Part shown: in pieces, positions 36,836 to 45,732 of the stretch
How the letters are laid out: each line of letters starts with the position of its first letter
How positions within the stretch are numbered: the first letter of the stretch is position 1
Assembly: GCA_045642245.1 (NCBI GenBank)
Contig: JAZUIL010000143.1
Coordinates: forward strand, 1,665-65,664
Source of the DNA: Bacteroidales bacterium
GTDB taxonomy: Bacteria > Bacteroidota > Bacteroidia > Bacteroidales > UBA3663
Direction: 5' to 3'
Length of the DNA stretch: 64,000 bases
Notes under the pieces: model-generated
Database searches by the model: none
What the model was told of the DNA's origin: nothing
What the model saw: only the letters and a program-made list of their open reading frames with translations
Program-made: the position numbers and the translations under genes

Positions 36836-37792
36836 TCAGACACAAGCGAAATAGTCGATAATACCACAGAAATGATTCTGCTTATCAAGAACGATGAGTG
36901 CATGTATACTATTACTCAACATCAGATCTGCAGCTTCACTGATCTTAGCATTCTGACTGATCTTCTTCGGATTACGACTCATTATATCCTCAACATGCAG
37001 ATGGAAGAGAGCTTCTCTATACTTCTGCATAGCTCTTCTCACATCACCATCAGTAATAATACCGACAACTTGCAAATCTTCATCAATAGCCACCACGAGA
37101 CCTTTTTTGCCTTCACTTATACGGATAATCACATCACTCAGCATATCTTTTGGAGATACCGTCCAAGTGTTTAGTCCATAAGTATCCATAAGATCAGAAA
37201 CACGGCACAATAATTTCTTTCCAAGACTTCCTCCTGGATGGAATCGAGCAAAATCAGAATCCTTGAATTGACGTACTTTCACCAAAGCACACGCTAAAGC
37301 ATCTCCAATAGCCATAGCTGCTGTAGTAGAAGATGTTGGTGCAAGATTCAACGGATCAGCCTCATGGCTTACAGCCGTATTCAGATGACAAGTACTATAT
37401 CTCCCTAATAATGAATCCGGATTACCAGAAATGCCAATGATAGGAATATCTCGTTCGATAATCAATGGAATAAAACGAAGTAACTCATCTGTATTACCAC
37501 TATACGATATAGCCATCACCACATCTCCAGTAGCTATCATTCCTAGATCTCCATGATATGCATCCAATGGATTGAGATAGAAAGACGGAGTACCAGTACT
37601 GGCCAAGGTCGCAGCGATCTTGCTTCCAACATGACCAGACTTACCGACTCCCGTCACAATAACCTTGCCTTTACAATCCTTTATGAGATTGACAGCCTGT
37701 TCAAACTCCTCTCCGATACGAGGAATAAGATCAAGTATTGCCTGAGCCTCATCTCTAAGACATTGAACACCTGTATTTATGATTTCGCTCAT
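36836..37792 (-). CDS. kdsD: Arabinose-5-phosphate isomerase (KpsF/GutQ/KdsD family; SIS + 2 CBS)
   Basis: 318 aa with the SIS motif VTGVGKSGHVGSKIAATLASTGTPS, then GGSLG and a tandem CBS pair. Confidence 0.85.
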   Translation of the reverse strand: MSEIINTGVQCLRDEAQAILDLIPRIGEEFEQAVNLIKDCKGKVIVTGVGKSGHVGSKIAATLASTGTPSFYLNPLDAYHGDLGMIATGDVVMAISYSGNTDELLRFIPLIIERDIPIIGISGNPDSLLGRYSTCHLNTAVSHEADPLNLAPTSSTTAAMAIGDALACALVKVRQFKDSDFARFHPGGSLGKKLLCRVSDLMDTYGLNTWTVSPKDMLSDVIIRISEGKKGLVVAIDEDLQVVGIITDGDVRRAMQKYREALFHLHVEDIMSRNPKKISQNAKISEAADLMLSNSIHALIVLDKQNHFCGIIDYFACV

Positions 37793-37798
37793 AAAAAC

Positions 37799-38596
37799 TT
37801 ATTTAAGTAATGATTTAATGACCTTTTCTAATTCATTCAGATACAACATGTTCGGACCATCGCTCAATGCCTTTTCAGGATCTGGATGTGTCTCAAAGAA
37901 ATAACCAGTTGCTCCAAAAGCCTTAGCAGCCAGTGCCATGTTGGGGACAAATTCACGATTGCCTCCTGATTTCCCTCCAGCTGCACCAGGTCGCTGCACG
38001 GAATGAGTACAATCCATGATGACAACTGGTGTAAACTGCTTCATATCTGGAAGATTTCTGAAGTCTACAACAAAATTGTTATAACCGAAAGAATTACCTC
38101 GTTCAGTCAACCAGACAGGAAACTCACTCTTTACTTCAGAAGTAGGGTTTATGCACTCATTCTGCCAAGTATCTCTAACCTTCTGCACAGGATACTGCAT
38201 ATCCAATCCACTCAGGAACTGCGCCTTTTTTATATTAACAGTCTTTCCAGTCTTTGCTGCAGCCACCAGCAAATCTGTCTGACGACAAAGGAACGCAGGA
38301 ATCTGCAAAACATCCACTACTTCAGCAACCGAAGCAGCCTGATAACTCTCATGAATATCGGTGAGCAGTTTCAAGCCATACTTCGTCTTGATATCAGCAA
38401 GCATCTGCAAACCCTTTTCCATCCCAGGGCCACGGTATGAAGAGATACTAGTTCGATTAGCCTTGTCAAAAGATGCTTTAAATATAATATCGACTCCCAG
38501 TGTCTTATTGATCTGAACTAGCTCCTTAGCTACTTCATCGAGACATTCCTGAGATTCAATTACACATGGACCCGCAATGAAAATTGGTGTATACAT
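37799..38596 (-). CDS. kdsA: 3-deoxy-8-phosphooctulonate (Kdo-8-P) synthase
   Basis: 265 aa with FKASFDKANRTS, LQIPAFLCRQTDL and DCTHSVQ motifs. Confidence 0.9.
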   Translation of the reverse strand: MYTPIFIAGPCVIESQECLDEVAKELVQINKTLGVDIIFKASFDKANRTSISSYRGPGMEKGLQMLADIKTKYGLKLLTDIHESYQAASVAEVVDVLQIPAFLCRQTDLLVAAAKTGKTVNIKKAQFLSGLDMQYPVQKVRDTWQNECINPTSEVKSEFPVWLTERGNSFGYNNFVVDFRNLPDMKQFTPVVIMDCTHSVQRPGAAGGKSGGNREFVPNMALAAKAFGATGYFFETHPDPEKALSDGPNMLYLNELEKVIKSLLK

Positions 38597-38620
38597 ATAC
38601 TGAAATAGTTTTTTTACTTA

Positions 38621-40117
38621 TCAATCTTTTACTACCTTCCGAAGAACATACTTGTTGATGAACCAAGTAATCTGTGGAGAGATACGCATCATATATATCA
38701 ACACTCCAGCAATAGACATAACGACAATAGTACGAAGTGCAATGTCTAACCAAGGAGAATATCCTGCAAATGATGGGATGAGGAAATTCAACGCAAAAAG
38801 AGCGCAGAGAATTGCAACGATACGAAGATGTGCCCATGTAAATGGATTGGTCTTAATCTTTACCTGCACAATATACTGCTGATATGCATAGCTGAAAAGT
38901 ACTGTAATAAGAGAAGCTAAAGCAGCTCCGCTTAATCCAAAGATTGGGATAAAATACAGATTTGTGGCGATGCTGATTCCCATTAGGATAAAGGTAAAGA
39001 ACAATGTCCAATAATAATACTTACTGAAAGAAATCAGCGTATTACCGAAATTCAATGTTCCATATACTACCTTCGATAATCCTAAGAACAAAACAGCCCA
39101 TCGTCCTTCAGCGAACTTATCTCCATTTGGAATAATCGCAAAGATATTATCAAGATTGATCCAAACAATGAGTAACAATACGGTAGAAGCCATCATCTGA
39201 TGAACAGAAACCTGCTTATATAGATCTTGTGCTTTTTCTACATTACCTTCCTTCATTGCCTCAGCGGCCAATGGGGTACTGATAGGAGTAATATTACGTG
39301 ATGGCATATTGACAATCTCTGCCATATAGACGACAATCGCATAAATACCAGCACTATAGAGACCCTTAACACCGGACAACATAAAAATATCCATCTGCTG
39401 AATCACATTTCCAGAGATTGTAGAGAGCATCAAGAAACCCGCATATTTAAGGACTTTAGATCTCAAATCAGGAGTAATGAAACTCCAATCATGTTTGAAA
39501 GACCGGCTTCCGATATGTAAAGAATAAACCGTAGCAATAAGCATACAGATTCCATAACATATAATAAAACCAACAATGAGACCTGTGACTCCAATATATC
39601 CGAAACCATAAGCCAGATAAATGGCAAGCATCATCACACGCATGCCAACTTCTCTGACTGCTTTTGGCAATGCAATACGCATATTGATATTGGCGTAATT
39701 CTCTGACCATACCCAGAACGCCAATACGATAAGCATTGGGATTACATAGAAGAAATGCTCATTGAAAAGCGGACTCTTCTCCCCAAAATAACTTTCAATA
39801 GGGCCACGTAAAGCAATATATAAACCTGTAATCAGGATAATTCCTACAACGGGGAACAGAAGATAATAATACAAGAATCCATTGTTTCCGTTCTCCTTGT
39901 TTTTGAAATATGGGAAGAAGCGCATTCCAGTACTTCCAGATCCTAGCAAAGCAAGAGTTGAAAGCAGAAATGCTACCTCATAAACGACCTTTGAGAGACC
40001 AATTACCTCTGGGTCAAGATATTTTGCAACGATATAGAACTGAACAAAAATGCCCAGTACCACACCGATATAATTAACTACGGTTCCTTTAAGAGACTGT
40101 CGTATTACTACGCCCAT
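38621..40117 (-). CDS. Polysaccharide/oligosaccharide flippase (MOP superfamily, Wzx-like)
   Basis: 498 aa with ~14 predicted TM helices. The N-terminus MGVVIRQSLKGTVVNYIGVVLG is typical of polysaccharide biosynthesis (PST) proteins. Confidence 0.7.
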   Translation of the reverse strand: MGVVIRQSLKGTVVNYIGVVLGIFVQFYIVAKYLDPEVIGLSKVVYEVAFLLSTLALLGSGSTGMRFFPYFKNKENGNNGFLYYYLLFPVVGIILITGLYIALRGPIESYFGEKSPLFNEHFFYVIPMLIVLAFWVWSENYANINMRIALPKAVREVGMRVMMLAIYLAYGFGYIGVTGLIVGFIICYGICMLIATVYSLHIGSRSFKHDWSFITPDLRSKVLKYAGFLMLSTISGNVIQQMDIFMLSGVKGLYSAGIYAIVVYMAEIVNMPSRNITPISTPLAAEAMKEGNVEKAQDLYKQVSVHQMMASTVLLLIVWINLDNIFAIIPNGDKFAEGRWAVLFLGLSKVVYGTLNFGNTLISFSKYYYWTLFFTFILMGISIATNLYFIPIFGLSGAALASLITVLFSYAYQQYIVQVKIKTNPFTWAHLRIVAILCALFALNFLIPSFAGYSPWLDIALRTIVVMSIAGVLIYMMRISPQITWFINKYVLRKVVKD

Positions 40118-40139
40118 TTATTACTTATATACTGAATGT

Positions 40140-40862
40140 TTATTTCTTAACTTTTTTACCCCTGATTATATGATGCCACCAGAAAGCCAGAGAAATCTGG
40201 AAAGAACTGTTACTTGCCTGTTCAAAATCGTCAGCCTTAGAATCTGGCCAAAGGTTTCCTAAACCAAAATAATAACGTCCCGTCAACTGAGCACTGAGCA
40301 CTGAATTGATCTTGAATTCATAACCAAGACCGAACTGCAGACCATAGTCAAAACTCTTTTCAATAGGTTTCTCATGATGAAGATACACATTACCTATTGA
40401 AAGTCCTGACTGGCCATAATTATCTGGCAGATTACTATTGATACGATCTGTCAGGAACCATGCGATCTTAGGACCGAGATCCAATGCAATCTCATTTCTT
40501 TTTCCCATCGGGAAGTATACATGTGCCATGATAGGCATTTCAAAATACAGCAACTTCCTTTCGAATACCCATTCATCTGGATTAGGTTCATACAGATCCG
40601 CATATCCTCGTTCGGTTAAAAGAAGTTCCGCCTGAAGTCCGAAATAAGTCTCCTCAATATAACGAGCAGCCACACCCATCGTATAACTACCAGTATATCG
40701 CTGTGTTACTCGAGGATGAAATGTATATTCACTTATGTTCGCTCCTCCCACGACGCCAAGATGCACTTCTCTTGGAATGCGTGTCTGAGCCGTCAAAACA
40801 TGACAGCAAACAAACATTGATAAGAGGAATATGAACAAATTGATTTTTCTCATAAATGTCAA
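40140..40862 (-). CDS. Outer-membrane beta-barrel protein (OMP_b-brl_2 / PorT-like family)
   Basis: 240 aa with a signal peptide (...FVCCHVLTAQ), alternating beta-strand pattern (HLGVVGGANISEYTF, GLQAELLL, QFGLGYEFKI) and an aromatic C-terminal region. Confidence 0.6.
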   Translation of the reverse strand: MTFMRKINLFIFLLSMFVCCHVLTAQTRIPREVHLGVVGGANISEYTFHPRVTQRYTGSYTMGVAARYIEETYFGLQAELLLTERGYADLYEPNPDEWVFERKLLYFEMPIMAHVYFPMGKRNEIALDLGPKIAWFLTDRINSNLPDNYGQSGLSIGNVYLHHEKPIEKSFDYGLQFGLGYEFKINSVLSAQLTGRYYFGLGNLWPDSKADDFEQASNSSFQISLAFWWHHIIRGKKVKK

Positions 40863-40865
40863 CTA

Positions 40866-42437
40866 TTACTTGATGACTATTTTCTCAATCGTCGACTCTG
40901 GAGTGAAATGTACCAGATAGAGACCATGGTTATAGAATCCCTTGCCATTCTCTCCATGCACAAAACAGAAGACATTCTGCAGGCAATCTTCTTCCTGACC
41001 TACAATTCTTTCTTCAATATGTTGACCATGACGTGAAAGAGAACGCATGAAGAATCGAGTAATATCATAGCCAAGAATACCGTATTTAGGCATCAGAGCC
41101 ATTGGTTCCTTATTATACCAAGACTTAAAGTTGTCATAGAATCGTTTCACAAAAGGATCGAAAGGATTGACATACAACTTACTGAACAGATATACATTCA
41201 GATCATAGTAGTAGTCGATAAAATCATTCGTATATAATACCCATTCAGGATATCCTAGAACTGCCATCTTAGGCTGTGCTTTTGTAGCTGTTCCTTTCGT
41301 AAGAGCATCCTGGAATCTAGCATCACGAAGAATCTTCACATGTTGCAGGCCACTGAACATACGACGCATGGATTCCTGCTGAGGAGTAACAGGAACAAAA
41401 AGGATATTATCCTCCATGATTCCTAAAATAGAATCACAAGCCATCAATCTCTCTGGTCGATAATAAGAAAGATCCTTACATTTTACACCTTTTGAAAGAA
41501 GTTCTTTCTTCAAAAGTGCTGGATATGGATCTACCTTATGGCCACTGATACTATCTGTCAAGAAAACGAAAGTATAATTCTTGAAACGTGACAGTAAATC
41601 CTCAGTCAATTGAGGATAGAGCATTGATTTCTGAGTATTGATCTGGAAGAGATGCTCATACTTATCGACCAAACTCGCATTGAAGATTGAAGGACTAACC
41701 ACAGGCGTACCATGTTCTTCACCCCAATCTGCAACCTGCTTAAGATCATTTTCCTCCATTGGTGCAATAATAAAATCTGCCGTCAGGAGATTCTGGTCTG
41801 ACAGGATCTTCTGGATTGGTTGAGTAGAGATATCAAATGCCATCACAGACACTCTACGTCCTAATTGCTGGATTTCATCTACAGCAAGAAGAACGCCTTG
41901 ATAAAGTTCAACAGAGCGCATCTGAATCTTTTGGTCATCAGCATTCTTTGCATTCAGATGGAATGGGAGTATCACCGCAACCGAAAGAGTACCATCTGTC
42001 CAATGTCCATTACCAAGCACATTATAAGTTGGCAAAGTTGGTTTATTGGCAAACTCTACCACAGGAGCAGCATTACTAATTGGCTTTTTATCAGGAGTGA
42101 CAATTGTAGTCTTAGGCTGAGAAGGTTGCACAGCAGGTGTCTCCTTCTTACTTCCAGAATTAGCAAATGAAAGGGCAGATTTGGTCTTGTTTTCTGTTGT
42201 AGAGTTCTCTTTTGCAGCCACAGGAATCACTAGAGTCATACCAGTAGGGATATTCGTACCTTCTATGCTTGGATTAGCTGCCTGAATAGCCTCGACAGTG
42301 ACTCCATATAATTTAGCAAGGCTATAAAGCGTATCTCCAGGACGGACGACATGCTCGCGGTTTGCTGCTGAAAGAATGTTCATTCCTGCCATAAGGCAGA
42401 CGAACAAAAATGCGATTATTTTATTAGACATCTTCAT
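40866..42437 (-). CDS. LysM domain plus periplasmic-binding-protein-like (type I PBP fold) secreted protein
   Basis: The start is trimmed to MKMSNKIIAFLFVCLMAGMNILSA, because the promoter box lies inside the longer ORF. LysM: HVVRPGDTLYSLAKLYGVTVEAIQAANP...GMTLVIP. This is followed by a Pro/Thr linker and a ~380-aa PBP-like domain. Confidence 0.65.
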   Translation of the reverse strand: MKMSNKIIAFLFVCLMAGMNILSAANREHVVRPGDTLYSLAKLYGVTVEAIQAANPSIEGTNIPTGMTLVIPVAAKENSTTENKTKSALSFANSGSKKETPAVQPSQPKTTIVTPDKKPISNAAPVVEFANKPTLPTYNVLGNGHWTDGTLSVAVILPFHLNAKNADDQKIQMRSVELYQGVLLAVDEIQQLGRRVSVMAFDISTQPIQKILSDQNLLTADFIIAPMEENDLKQVADWGEEHGTPVVSPSIFNASLVDKYEHLFQINTQKSMLYPQLTEDLLSRFKNYTFVFLTDSISGHKVDPYPALLKKELLSKGVKCKDLSYYRPERLMACDSILGIMEDNILFVPVTPQQESMRRMFSGLQHVKILRDARFQDALTKGTATKAQPKMAVLGYPEWVLYTNDFIDYYYDLNVYLFSKLYVNPFDPFVKRFYDNFKSWYNKEPMALMPKYGILGYDITRFFMRSLSRHGQHIEERIVGQEEDCLQNVFCFVHGENGKGFYNHGLYLVHFTPESTIEKIVIK

Positions 42438-42456
42438 ATATGCACATATTTGGTGG

Positions 42457-42464
42457 CAAAGATA
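42457..42464 (-). promoter_or_regulatory. -7 promoter box TATCTTTG heading the 16-gene minus-strand unit
   Basis: The plus strand reads CAAAGATA, about 20 nt upstream of the ATG at 42437. It is the only TAnnTTTG box I found for this gene string. Confidence 0.55.
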
Positions 42465-42558
42465 CAATTAAATCCAGACATATCCAAACAAAATATACTT
42501 TTTGTTTTGTCCGATTTGATTTTTTCAGAAAATGCTTGTTTATTTAGTTTTTTTTATA

Positions 42559-42566
42559 TATCTTTG
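42559..42566 (+). promoter_or_regulatory. -7 promoter box TATCTTTG, 330 nt upstream of tsaD
   Basis: TTTTTTTTATATATCTTTGCC is followed by a compact palindromic element TTTCGTACGTATATGCGTACGCATTATGCGAAA. Confidence 0.5.
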
Positions 42567-42645
42567 CCGCCGTTTCGTACGTATATGCGTACGCATTATG
42601 CGAAAACAACTTAATGTTTTAGCATTGGATTTTGAATGTAAATTC

Positions 42646-42872
42646 GCAGAATAGAATTCTAAAGAGGTTTTATTCATCGTCAGAACCTATTATTAGTTTT
42701 CTTAAGAGGTTTTGCACCCCAACAAGACCTACAAAAGAAATACAAAATAGGTCTTAACAACTTGCAGAACCCTCAAAAGAAATTCTAAAGAGGCTTCGCA
42801 CATGGCAAGACCTACAAAGAAAATCCGAAAGGGGTCCTACACTTTGCAGAACCCTCAAAAAAAGTTCAAAAA
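42646..42872. repeat. Degenerate tandem repeats (two ~82-bp units plus two partial units) in the tsaD leader region
   Basis: Units begin with GCAGAA at 42646, 42681, 42764 and 42846. The two full units share GCAGAACC..TTCTAAAGAGG..CAAGACCTACAAA(A)GAAA at roughly three quarters identity by eye. An 8-bp hairpin AAGACCTA/TAGGTCTT lies at 42724-42755. Confidence 0.7.
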
Positions 42873-42896
42873 GGAAATTTATAATTTTCGAATCAT

Positions 42897-43934
42897 ATGT
42901 CGACAATAATATTAGGAATTGAGTCTTCTTGCGACGACACATCCGCTGCAGTACTTAAAGATGGCGTACTCTTAAGCAATGTCATTGCCAGTCAAGCCGT
43001 TCACGAATCATATGGAGGTGTCGTACCAGAGTTAGCCAGCCGTGCTCATCAGCAGAATATAGTTCCTGTTGTCAGTGAGGCTATTCGTCGTGCCGGATTA
43101 AAACCTGAAGATCTGACCGCTATAGCATTTACACGTGGCCCTGGTTTGATGGGATCGCTCTTAGTAGGACTAAGTTTTGCTAAGGGTCTCGCTTCAGCTT
43201 TGCATATTCCTATGATCGAAGTGAATCACTTGCAGGGTCATGTTATGGCACACTTTGTCAAAGAGCTTGACGACAAGGGAGAAATTATTGACCGTTCACC
43301 AGAGTTTCCATTCCTCTGCCTTTTAGTTTCTGGTGGCAATTCACAGATTATAAAGGTGAATTCATATAAGGAGATGGAAGTTATTGGACAGACAATTGAT
43401 GATGCTGCAGGCGAAGCTTTTGACAAATGTGCGAAAGTTATGGGAATGGGATATCCTGGAGGTCCTGTCATTAATCGTTTTGCCAATGAAGGAGATCCTA
43501 AACGCTTCCAATTCGCAAAGCCTCACATTCCAGGTCTGAACTATTCTTTCTCAGGACTTAAGACCTCTTTCCTTTATACATTACGCGACGAGATGAAGGA
43601 GAATCCTAATTTCATCGAAGATAACAAGGCAGATCTATGTGCTTCTTTGCAGAAGACTATTGTTGACATCCTTATGGATAAACTCAAGAAAGCGGTAAAA
43701 GAAACAGGAATTAAAACCGTGGCAGTCAGTGGTGGTGTAAGCGCAAACAGCGGTGTCCGTGATGGTCTTACAGAACTAGGCAAGAAATATGGATGGAAAG
43801 TATTCCTTCCTCCATTTAAATTCACGACCGACAATGCTGCCATGATTGGTATTGTAGGCCAATATAAATATCAAGACAAAGACTTCTGTTCGTTTGATGC
43901 ACCTGCATTTGCACGTGTCACCGATAAGTTTTAA
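42897..43934 (+). CDS. tsaD: tRNA N6-adenosine threonylcarbamoyltransferase
   Basis: 345 aa with ILGIESSCDDTSAAV, HQQNIVPV, GHVMAHF and VSGGVSANSG Kae1/TsaD motifs. Confidence 0.95.
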   Translation: MSTIILGIESSCDDTSAAVLKDGVLLSNVIASQAVHESYGGVVPELASRAHQQNIVPVVSEAIRRAGLKPEDLTAIAFTRGPGLMGSLLVGLSFAKGLASALHIPMIEVNHLQGHVMAHFVKELDDKGEIIDRSPEFPFLCLLVSGGNSQIIKVNSYKEMEVIGQTIDDAAGEAFDKCAKVMGMGYPGGPVINRFANEGDPKRFQFAKPHIPGLNYSFSGLKTSFLYTLRDEMKENPNFIEDNKADLCASLQKTIVDILMDKLKKAVKETGIKTVAVSGGVSANSGVRDGLTELGKKYGWKVFLPPFKFTTDNAAMIGIVGQYKYQDKDFCSFDAPAFARVTDKF

Positions 43935-43938
43935 ATAC

Positions 43939-44727
43939 ATGTATAACATTCAAGTTCCGTCAGTTATAACTTCTCTCCTATTTGTTATCGGTATTTCATC
44001 GATAGCGAGCAACTCTTATGCTCAGAATCAAGAAGATGCCAATCATTTTGTATTGGTAGATACAGCCTTTACTGACGCTGCAGAATATATTGAAAACCGA
44101 GCAGAATCCATTAAAGTCAGTGGTCATTCTTTCGTCGGTCCTGGTCCATTTGCCATTACTTTTCATGCTGAGTTTGACCGCCAACCATCATATTGCGGTT
44201 GGGAGCTTGCTGAAGACAACCGTTTTGAGAATCTCATCGATCAGTTCCGCACACTTGACAACAATGGAATGACGTCTGAATTCAACTACGAATTCAATGA
44301 AGCCGGTTCCTATTTTGTTCGATTCGTTGCGGATTTCCCGACTGAATCTAGCTCAGCAGACAATGATTCTGGTTCAACACTGAGTTACACCACTGCTGAA
44401 CCCTACCAGATACAGATAACAGAATCTCTACTTGAAGTACCAAATCTGATTACTCCTGATAATTCGGACAGCAAGAATAGCACATTCCGTGTCAGGTACA
44501 AATCGCTAGTCAATTATGAAATCTGGATCCACAACAGATGGGGACAAGAACTCTTCCATTCGACTAATCCTGAAGAAGGATGGGATGGCCGAGCCGGTGG
44601 TAATACGGTGCCTACAGGAGCTTATTACTACTTGATTAAGGCAGAAGGAACAGAAGGATTAAAATATAATAAGAAAGGTTCTATCAATGTCATCCGGACA
44701 AGAGACAAATCATCTTACAACAAATAA
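43939..44727 (+). CDS. Secreted protein with a T9SS type-B C-terminal sorting domain (gliding-motility-associated CTD)
   Basis: The start is trimmed to MYNIQVPSVITSLLFVIGISSIASNSYAQ. The C-terminus VPNLITPDNSDSKNSTFRVRY...IWIHNRWGQELFHS...GWDGRAGGNTVPTGAYYYLIKAEG...GSINVIR matches the type-B CTD pattern. Confidence 0.75.
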   Translation: MYNIQVPSVITSLLFVIGISSIASNSYAQNQEDANHFVLVDTAFTDAAEYIENRAESIKVSGHSFVGPGPFAITFHAEFDRQPSYCGWELAEDNRFENLIDQFRTLDNNGMTSEFNYEFNEAGSYFVRFVADFPTESSSADNDSGSTLSYTTAEPYQIQITESLLEVPNLITPDNSDSKNSTFRVRYKSLVNYEIWIHNRWGQELFHSTNPEEGWDGRAGGNTVPTGAYYYLIKAEGTEGLKYNKKGSINVIRTRDKSSYNK

Positions 44728-44740
44728 TAAAACATTATAA

Positions 44741-45724
44741 ATGAAAGCCATAACATTCATATCAACTATACTTTGCTCGTCAATATTGTCTGCATCAGCA
44801 ATCCTCTTTATGAGTTCGTCTAAAAGCGAACAAGTGAAACCTGAATTGCCAATCATGCAGAGTTTCTCGGCTACTCCAAGATTTGAAAACGTCCAGACTA
44901 TCTTCGATCAGAAAATTGATCTCAGCCGATATGATTTACACGAACGTTTTGAACGTGAATTGACAAATATCTGCTATACACATAATAGTACGATTCTAAC
45001 AATCAAGAAAGCGAATCGCCTTCTTCCAATCATCGAACCGATCCTAAAAGAAGAAGGTGTTCCAACGGATTTCATCTATCTTTGCTGTATTGAATCCAAT
45101 CTTAATACAAGAGCTAAAAGTCCTGCAGGAGCTGCTGGCCTTTGGCAATTCATGCCAGCTACTGGACGTCAATATGGACTGACAATTACAGAAGAGATCG
45201 ATGAAAGATACAATACTGTCAAAGCTACACGCGCAGCGTGCAAATATCTCAAAGATGCATATAAGAAGTTTGGTGACTGGATGAATGTTGCAGCATCTTA
45301 TAATGCAGGACAAGGTGGTATTTCTAGCAAACTTACCAAACAGCAGGAAACTCGTGCATTGGATCTCTTTCTCGTTGAAGAGACTTCTCGTTATATGTTC
45401 AGAATTATGGCATATAAAGAATTGATGCGTGATCCATACAGATATGGATTCGTATTATATAGCGATCAGCTCTATCGTCCTATACGTACACGCTCAATTA
45501 AAGTGGGGAATTCAATTTCAGACTTAGTAGATTTTGCTAAACAGCATAATACCTCCTATTATAATATTAGAGAGTTTAATCCATGGATACGCGACAGCAA
45601 AATCACATTTAGGAAAGGTCAAACCCAGACCTATGAAATTGAGATTCCTTTGGAAGAGGATATGTATTATGATCCTTCAAAACCATTCGAAGTATACAAT
45701 AGGAACTGGGTGGTTGATAAATAA
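44741..45724 (+). CDS. Lytic transglycosylase (SLT domain)
   Basis: 327 aa with a signal/TM N-terminus and the SLT catalytic region YLCCIESNLNTRAKSPAGAAGLWQFMPATGRQYGL. Confidence 0.8.
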   Translation: MKAITFISTILCSSILSASAILFMSSSKSEQVKPELPIMQSFSATPRFENVQTIFDQKIDLSRYDLHERFERELTNICYTHNSTILTIKKANRLLPIIEPILKEEGVPTDFIYLCCIESNLNTRAKSPAGAAGLWQFMPATGRQYGLTITEEIDERYNTVKATRAACKYLKDAYKKFGDWMNVAASYNAGQGGISSKLTKQQETRALDLFLVEETSRYMFRIMAYKELMRDPYRYGFVLYSDQLYRPIRTRSIKVGNSISDLVDFAKQHNTSYYNIREFNPWIRDSKITFRKGQTQTYEIEIPLEEDMYYDPSKPFEVYNRNWVVDK

Positions 45725-45732
45725 TTAGAAAG

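Noticed and set aside
42754-42942. 62-aa minus-strand ORF across the tsaD upstream repeats
   Set aside because: It reads through degenerate tandem repeats and overlaps the tsaD start. It has no promoter and is repeat-derived.
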